Source: Eledone cirrhosa
Taxonomy: Eukaryota
DNA length: 64,000 nt
Assembly: GCA_964016885.1 (NCBI GenBank)
Contig: OZ024763.1
Location: 14,632,001 to 14,696,000 of the forward strand
Direction of reading: 5' to 3'
The notes below the pieces were generated by a model, which saw only the letters and a program-made list of their open reading frames with translations, ran no database searches and was not told the origin of the DNA. Every line of letters begins with the position of its first letter. Within the stretch, counting starts at the first letter, position 1. Position numbers and translations under genes: made by a program. Shown here in pieces: positions 55,427 through 64,000 of this stretch.

Positions 55427-56267
55427 GATGATATTAATATCATCGAATATTTACTCCAGGACACTGTTGAGTGCTCTAAATCAGTTATAAACATTTATAT
55501 TTGTCGGATTTCCAACAAATTAAATATCCCTTCTACATATATATATATATATATATATATATAGCAACCAAGGGTCTATCTACCACACCACCATCACAAC
55601 CACTACCTCCATATAACTGCCCCTTCCCCACGCTCCCTCCAAGTTAGTGGGGGGAGGTGCACGGTACCAACGAAGTGAAGGGACACACACTGGGATAACA
55701 AGATGCGCCTGATGGTATATATTTACGCTACGTCAAGGTAGGTGCTAGAGATGTTTGTGTTTGTATACAAGCATGCATACATACATATACATACATACAT
55801 ACATATACATACATACATATATATATATATATAGATGTATACATATACATACATATATAGATTTACATGTATACGTATACATACATATATATACATGTAT
55901 ACATATACATACATATACATATATATATACATGTATACATATACATATATATATATATATACATACATGTATACATATATATGTATACATACATACATAT
56001 ATTTATATATACATGTATGAATATATATACATACATATACGCACACACACACATATATATATGTATACATCCATTCATATATTTATATATACATGTATGA
56101 ATATATATACACATTCACATGCATATATACATAATATACATGCATACATACATATATATATATCAAGAAATGGTGTATATATATTATCAAATGATTCTAT
56201 GGACAAACTTTATAGTATATATACACACATTCACACAAACATACCCACACATATACAAACATATACC

Positions 56268-56306
<39 letters not shown>

Positions 56307-56335
56307 CTATCGAGTCACAAGGGCTCAACTATATA

Positions 56336-56384
<49 letters not shown>

Positions 56385-57078
56385 AGTAAACGGAAAACAG
56401 AACAGCAAACGATACAGTACAACGAAAATATATATTAGTTTAATACATGATAGAGTTTGTATTCATCTGTGTATGTATGTGTGTATGTATGTGTGTATGT
56501 ATTTATGCATCTGTATATGTATGTATGCATCTGTATGCATCTGTATGCATCTGTATGTATGTATGTGTGTATGTATTAATGCATCTGTATATGTATGCAT
56601 CTGTATGTATGTATGTGTGTATGTATTAATGCATCTGTATATGTATGCATCTGTATGTATGTATGTGTGTATGTATTAATGCACCTGTATATGTATGCGT
56701 CTGTATGTATGTATGCATCTTTATATACATGTGTGTATCTGTGTATGTATGTATCTGTGTATGTATCTGTGTATGTATGTATGTATGTATGTATGTATCT
56801 GTGTATGTATGTATGTATGTATCTGTATCTATGTAAGTATGTGTGTGTGTGTATCTATGTATGTATGCATCTGTGTATCTATGTATGTATCTGTATCTAT
56901 GTATGTATCTGTATATGTATGTGAGTGTGTGTGTATTTATGTGTAAGTCACATGCCTGTCTGTAAGTATGTATGTAGGTGTGTGTAGTTGTATGTCAGTA
57001 GGTGTAAGACTATATGTATGTATGTATGTATGTATGTTTGTGAGTATGTATGTCTGTATATGTATATATGTATGTCTG

Positions 57079-57110
<32 letters not shown>

Positions 57111-57118
<8 letters not shown>

Positions 57119-57570
57119 ATTAAATAAATGGAAAACTATATTTATAAAATCATATTTATTTCATTATATATATTTCGGGAATATCATATTCACAATATGT
57201 TATGCCTTAATCAGACAAAATACAATATAAACAGTTTTATAGATAAATATATTCGACATACCGTAATAAACATCAACTTCATTTGAAGAGGTTTACTGCT
57301 AGAGTAAACCTCTTCAAATGAAGTTGATGTTTATTACGGTATGTCGAATATATTTATCTATAAAACTGTTTATATTGTATTTTGTCTGATGAAGGCATAA
57401 CATATTGTTAATATGATATCCCCGAAATATATATAATGAAATAAATATGGTTTTATAAATATAGTTTCCATTTATTTAATATTGTATATATACTCCAAAT
57501 ATTTGTCGAGTGCTTTTATATCAGTTATAAATATTTACTAGTTGTAACCCAACAATTTTAAATATAACTT

Positions 57571-57576
<6 letters not shown>
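57111..57576. mobile_element. Family B fold-back HHR element
   Basis: Arms 57111-57297 and 57303-57488, tail to 57576 with gtcgagtgc. HHR at 57381-57440 (CTGATGA); the mirror copy is mutated to CTGATTA. Confidence 0.88.
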
Positions 57577-57618
<42 letters not shown>

Positions 57619-57705
57619 CATGTCGACATATATATATATATGTTTATGTATGAATGTATCTGTATGTCAGTGTGTGAAAGTATGAATGTGTGTTATGTAT
57701 GAATG

Positions 57706-57743
<38 letters not shown>

Positions 57744-58078
57744 CATACATATATACACACACATATATATATATATATACATATATATATACATATATAT
57801 ATACATATATTTCATTTTGTATTTGTTTCGATAGATGTTTGATGAGAAACCACAAGTTGTACGTAACATACATAGATATACTTTGGTAGAGTCATGCTAC
57901 CAATACAAACACACGCATCAGTTGAGTAACTAATATTTTCATGGCTTAGTTTCATAAGATGAAGGTTGATTGATTTTTAATTGCCAAAACACTTTTGTCA
58001 CATCCTGTGACCTTCTCAATAAATATTCTTCAAGCTGTATATAGTCATATATAAACACACACACACATATACGTATAT

Positions 58079-58187
<109 letters not shown>

Positions 58188-58281
58188 CATATATATATAT
58201 ACATACATATATATATATACATACATACATATATATATATACATACATATATATATATACACATATATATATATATGTATA

Positions 58282-58447
58282 GTGGACACACTAGAAGAGG
58301 AAGACCAAGGTTAACGTATGTTGATGCCCTAAGGACAGACACTGGTCTGTTGGAGATGCAGGACATGGCAGCGATAATGAGGGACAGAGACCGCTGGAGA
58401 GAACTCGTCCATGGATCTCGGGAATTTTACCCGCCTTAGATAGATAG
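58282..58447 (+). mobile_element. Short 3' end of RTE-like LINE with TAGA tail
   Basis: Matches the 3' 160 bp of 62781-63151. Confidence 0.85.
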
Positions 58448-58449
58448 AG

Positions 58450-58857
58450 ACACATATATATATATATATACACACATATATATATATATATACACATATA
58501 TATATATATATAAATACATACATATATATATAAATACATACATATATATATAAATACATATATATATTTATATAAATACATATATATATATATATAAATA
58601 CATATATATATATATATAAATACATATATATATATATATACACACACATATATATATTTATACACACACATATATATATATATACACACACATATATATA
58701 TAAATACATATATATATATATATAAATACATATATATATATATATATATACACATATATATATATATACACACACATATATATATATATATATAAATACA
58801 TATATATATATATATACACACATTTATATGTATAAATACATATATATATATATATAT

Positions 58858-58900
<43 letters not shown>

Positions 58901-59990
58901 TATATATACACACACATATATATAAATACATACACATATATATAAATACATATATATATATATACAGCCATATATATATATATATACACATATATATATA
59001 CATATATATATATATACACATATGTATATCTATACATATATATATACACACATATATGTATATATATATACATATACATGGGTATATACATATATATATA
59101 CATACATATATATATACATATACATATACATGGGTATATACATATATATATACATACATATATATATACATATACATATACATGGGTATATACATATATA
59201 TATACATACATATATATATACATATATATATATACATACATATATATATACATATATATATACATACATATATACATATATATATATACATACATATATA
59301 TATACATATATATATACATACATATATACATATATATATATACATACATATATATATACATATATATATACATACATATATACATATATATATATACATA
59401 TATATATACATACATATATACATATACATATATATATACATACATATATACATATATATATATACATATATATATACATACATATATACATATATATATA
59501 TACATATATATATACATACATATATACATACATATATACATACATATATATATACATATATATATACATACATATATATATACATATATATATATACATA
59601 CATATATATATACATATATATATATACATACATATATATATATATACATATATATATACACATATATATATACATATATATATACACATATATATATACA
59701 TATATATATACATATATATATACGTATATATATACATATATATATACGTATATATATACATATATATACATATATATACATACATATATACATATATATA
59801 CATACATATATACATATACATATATATACACAAATATATACATATATACGCATAAATATATACATATATACACATAAATATATACATATATATATATATA
59901 CAGATATATATATACACATATATATATATACAGATATATATATACACATATATATATACATATATATATACATACATAACATATATATAA

Positions 59991-60023
<33 letters not shown>

Positions 60024-60054
60024 TATATACATATATATATATATACATATATAC

Positions 60055-60109
<55 letters not shown>

Positions 60110-60110
60110 C

Positions 60111-60141
<31 letters not shown>

Positions 60142-60310
60142 CATACATATATATATATACATACATATATATATATACATATATACATATATATATATAC
60201 ATATATATATACATATATATATACATATATATACATATATATATACATATATATATACATCTACATATATATATACATATATATATACATATACATATAT
60301 ACATATATAT

Positions 60311-60352
<42 letters not shown>

Positions 60353-60379
60353 ACATATATACATATATATATATACATA

Positions 60380-60420
<41 letters not shown>

Positions 60421-60962
60421 ACATACATATATATACATATATACATATACATACATATATATACATATATACATATACATATATATATATACATATATAC
60501 ATATACATATATATATATACATATATATATATACATATATATATATACATATCTATTTATATATACATATATATATATATATATACATATACATAAACAT
60601 ATACATATACATATACATATATACATGTATATATATATACATATATATATCTATATTCATATATATATACATATACATATATATATGTATATACATTTGT
60701 ATATACATATATATATATACATATATATATACATATATATATATACATATATATATATATACATATATATATACACATATATATATACATATACATATAC
60801 ATATATATATATACATATACATATATACATATACATATATACATATACATATATACATATATATATATACATATACATATATACATATACATATATACAT
60901 ATACATATATATATATACATATATATATATACATATATATATATATACATATATATATATAC

Positions 60963-61015
<53 letters not shown>

Positions 61016-62241
61016 CATATATTCATACATATATACATACATAAATATATACATATATATACATACATACATACATATATATACATACATACATATATAT
61101 ATCCATACATATATATATATACATACATACATATAATACATACATATATATATACATACATACATATATATACATATATATTATACATACATATATACAT
61201 ACATATATATATACATACATATATACATACATATATACATATATATATACATACATATATATATATATATATATACATACACATACATACATACACATAC
61301 ATATATATATACATATATATATACATACATACATATATATATATACACATACATATATATATACATATATATATACATATATATATACATACATACATAA
61401 TTATATATATATATACATATATATATATATACATATATGTATATATACATATACATAACATATATATACACATATATATATACATTATGTATATACATTT
61501 ATATACACATACATATATATATACATATATATACATATATGTATATATATATACATACATATATATACATATATGTATACACATATATACATATATATAT
61601 ACATATATATATATACATATGTATATATATGTACATATATATATATACATATATATACATACATATATATACATATAGATATATATACATATATATACAT
61701 ACAGATATATATACATATATATACATATAGATATATATACATATAGATATATATACATATATATACATATAGATATATATACATATATATACATATAGAT
61801 ACATATAGATATATATAGATATATATACATATATATAGATATAGATACATATAGATATATATACATATAGATCTATATATATACATATAGATCTATATAT
61901 ATACATATAGATCTATATACATATATATACATATAGATATATATACATATACATATATATACATATACATATATATACATATATATATACATATAAATAT
62001 ATATACATATAGATATATATAAGTGTATATATATATATAAATGTATATATATATTAAAAAACACTTGTGGATAGAGCAGTTTTAAATCAACATATCATAT
62101 AGATATATGTATATATATATATATACATATATATACATATAGATATATATATATATATATATATACATATATATATACATATAGATATACATGTATATAT
62201 ATATATATATATACATATATATACATATAGATATATATGTA

Positions 62242-62275
<34 letters not shown>

Positions 62276-62325
62276 GATATATATGTATATATACATATAC
62301 ATATATATATATATAGATATATATG

Positions 62326-62361
<36 letters not shown>

Positions 62362-62377
62362 CATATAGATATATATG

Positions 62378-62425
<48 letters not shown>

Positions 62426-62631
62426 CATATAGATATATATGTATATATATATACATATATATATATATATACATACATATATATATATACATATAGATAT
62501 ATATGTATATATATATACATATATATATATATATACATATAGATATATATGTATATATATATAGATATATATATATATACACATATAGATATATATGTAT
62601 ATATATATACATATATATATACATATAGATA

Positions 62632-62671
<40 letters not shown>

Positions 62672-62699
62672 TAGATACAGATATATATTCATATAGATA

Positions 62700-62753
<54 letters not shown>

Positions 62754-62770
62754 GATACAGATATATATAC
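58450..62770. repeat. Multi-kb TA/TACA/TAGA compound microsatellite
   Basis: Directly visible; resumes at 63152-64000. Confidence 0.95.
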
Positions 62771-62780
62771 ACACAGATGG

Positions 62781-63151
62781 TGGATGGGTGCTACACGAAA
62801 ATGCTGAGGATGGCTCTGAACATTAATCAGTATACACTGAGGATGAAAAACTCAGAGCTGTATGGGAGCATCCCAAAAGTCAGCTCAAAAGTGACACAGA
62901 GGAGACTGAGGTTAGCTGGACATGCTCACCGACATCCAGAGTTGACATTGCACTCAGTGCTCCTGTGGGAGACCCTACATGGACACACTGGAAGAGGAAG
63001 ACCAAGGTTAACGTATGTTGATGCCCTAAGGACAGACACTGGTCTGTTGGAGACGCAGGACATGGCAGCGATAATGAGGGACAGAGACCGCTGGAGAGAA
63101 CTCGTCCATGGATCTCGGGAATTTTACCCGCCTTAGATAGATAGATAGATA
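62781..63151 (+). mobile_element. 3' end of RTE-like LINE ORF with (TAGA)n tail
   Basis: 118-codon C-terminal ORF remnant ending EFYPP*, near-identical to 41433-41789. Confidence 0.85.
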
Positions 63152-63153
63152 GG

Positions 63154-63191
<38 letters not shown>

Positions 63192-63946
63192 GATACAGAT
63201 ATATATATATAGATACAGATATATATATATGTATATATATATATCTGTATATATACATACAGATATATATATACATATAGATATATACGTATATATATAT
63301 ATACATATATATATACATACAGATATATATATACATATATATATACACATATATATATACATACAGATATATATACATACATATATATAAATAGACATAT
63401 AGATATATATGTATATATATATATATATACATATATATAAATATACATATAAATATATATGTAGGTATAAATATATATATACATATATATATAGATATAT
63501 ATGTATGTATATATGTATATATACATACATATATATAAATATAGATATATATGTATGTATATATATATATATACATATATATATAGATATATATGTATGT
63601 ATATATGTATATATACATACATATATATAAATATAGATATATATGTATGTATATATATATACATATATATAAATATACATATATATGTATGTATATATAT
63701 ATACATATATATAAATATACATATATATGTATGTATATATATATACATATATATAAATATACATATATATGTATGTATATATATATACATATATATAAAT
63801 ATACATATATATGTATGTATATATATATACATATATATAAATATACATATATATGTATGTATATATATATACATATATATAAATATACATATATATAAAT
63901 ATACATACATATAAATATACATACATATAAATATACATACATATAC

Positions 63947-63985
<39 letters not shown>

Positions 63986-64000
63986 TATATATAAATATAC

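Overview
This is AT-rich eukaryotic non-coding DNA; its repeat landscape suggests a cephalopod/octopus-like genome (inference only). No intact protein-coding gene is supportable, and nearly all ORF-track entries are translated microsatellites. Roughly half of the window is simple repeat or satellite: (TA)n/(CA)n, trinucleotide arrays, a 4.8-kb 7-mer array, a 60-bp satellite and a 233-bp higher-order repeat. The rest is mostly mobile DNA: more than 12 copies of a tRNA-derived SINE, a CORE-like SINE, RTE-clade LINE fragments (a broken RT and three 3' ends), bipartite RTE derivatives, a Tx1/L1-like 3' end and a hAT-like MITE. The main signal is that many of the 100-600 bp islands between (TA)n tracts are hammerhead-ribozyme (HHR)-bearing elements from many unrelated families. 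About 20 loci show stem I-CTGANGA-stem II-GAAA-stem III-NUH-stem I'. Many are fold-back palindromes, and many are followed by a shared T(T/C)GAGT(G/A)C tail motif. This resembles non-autonomous Penelope-like/retrozyme pLTR remnants targeted to TA repeats. Unusual features include very long stem II inserts, half-hammerheads whose inversion is centred on stem II, and a palindrome spacer copied from DNA 1.5 kb away. Coordinates were read by eye and may be off by a few bases.
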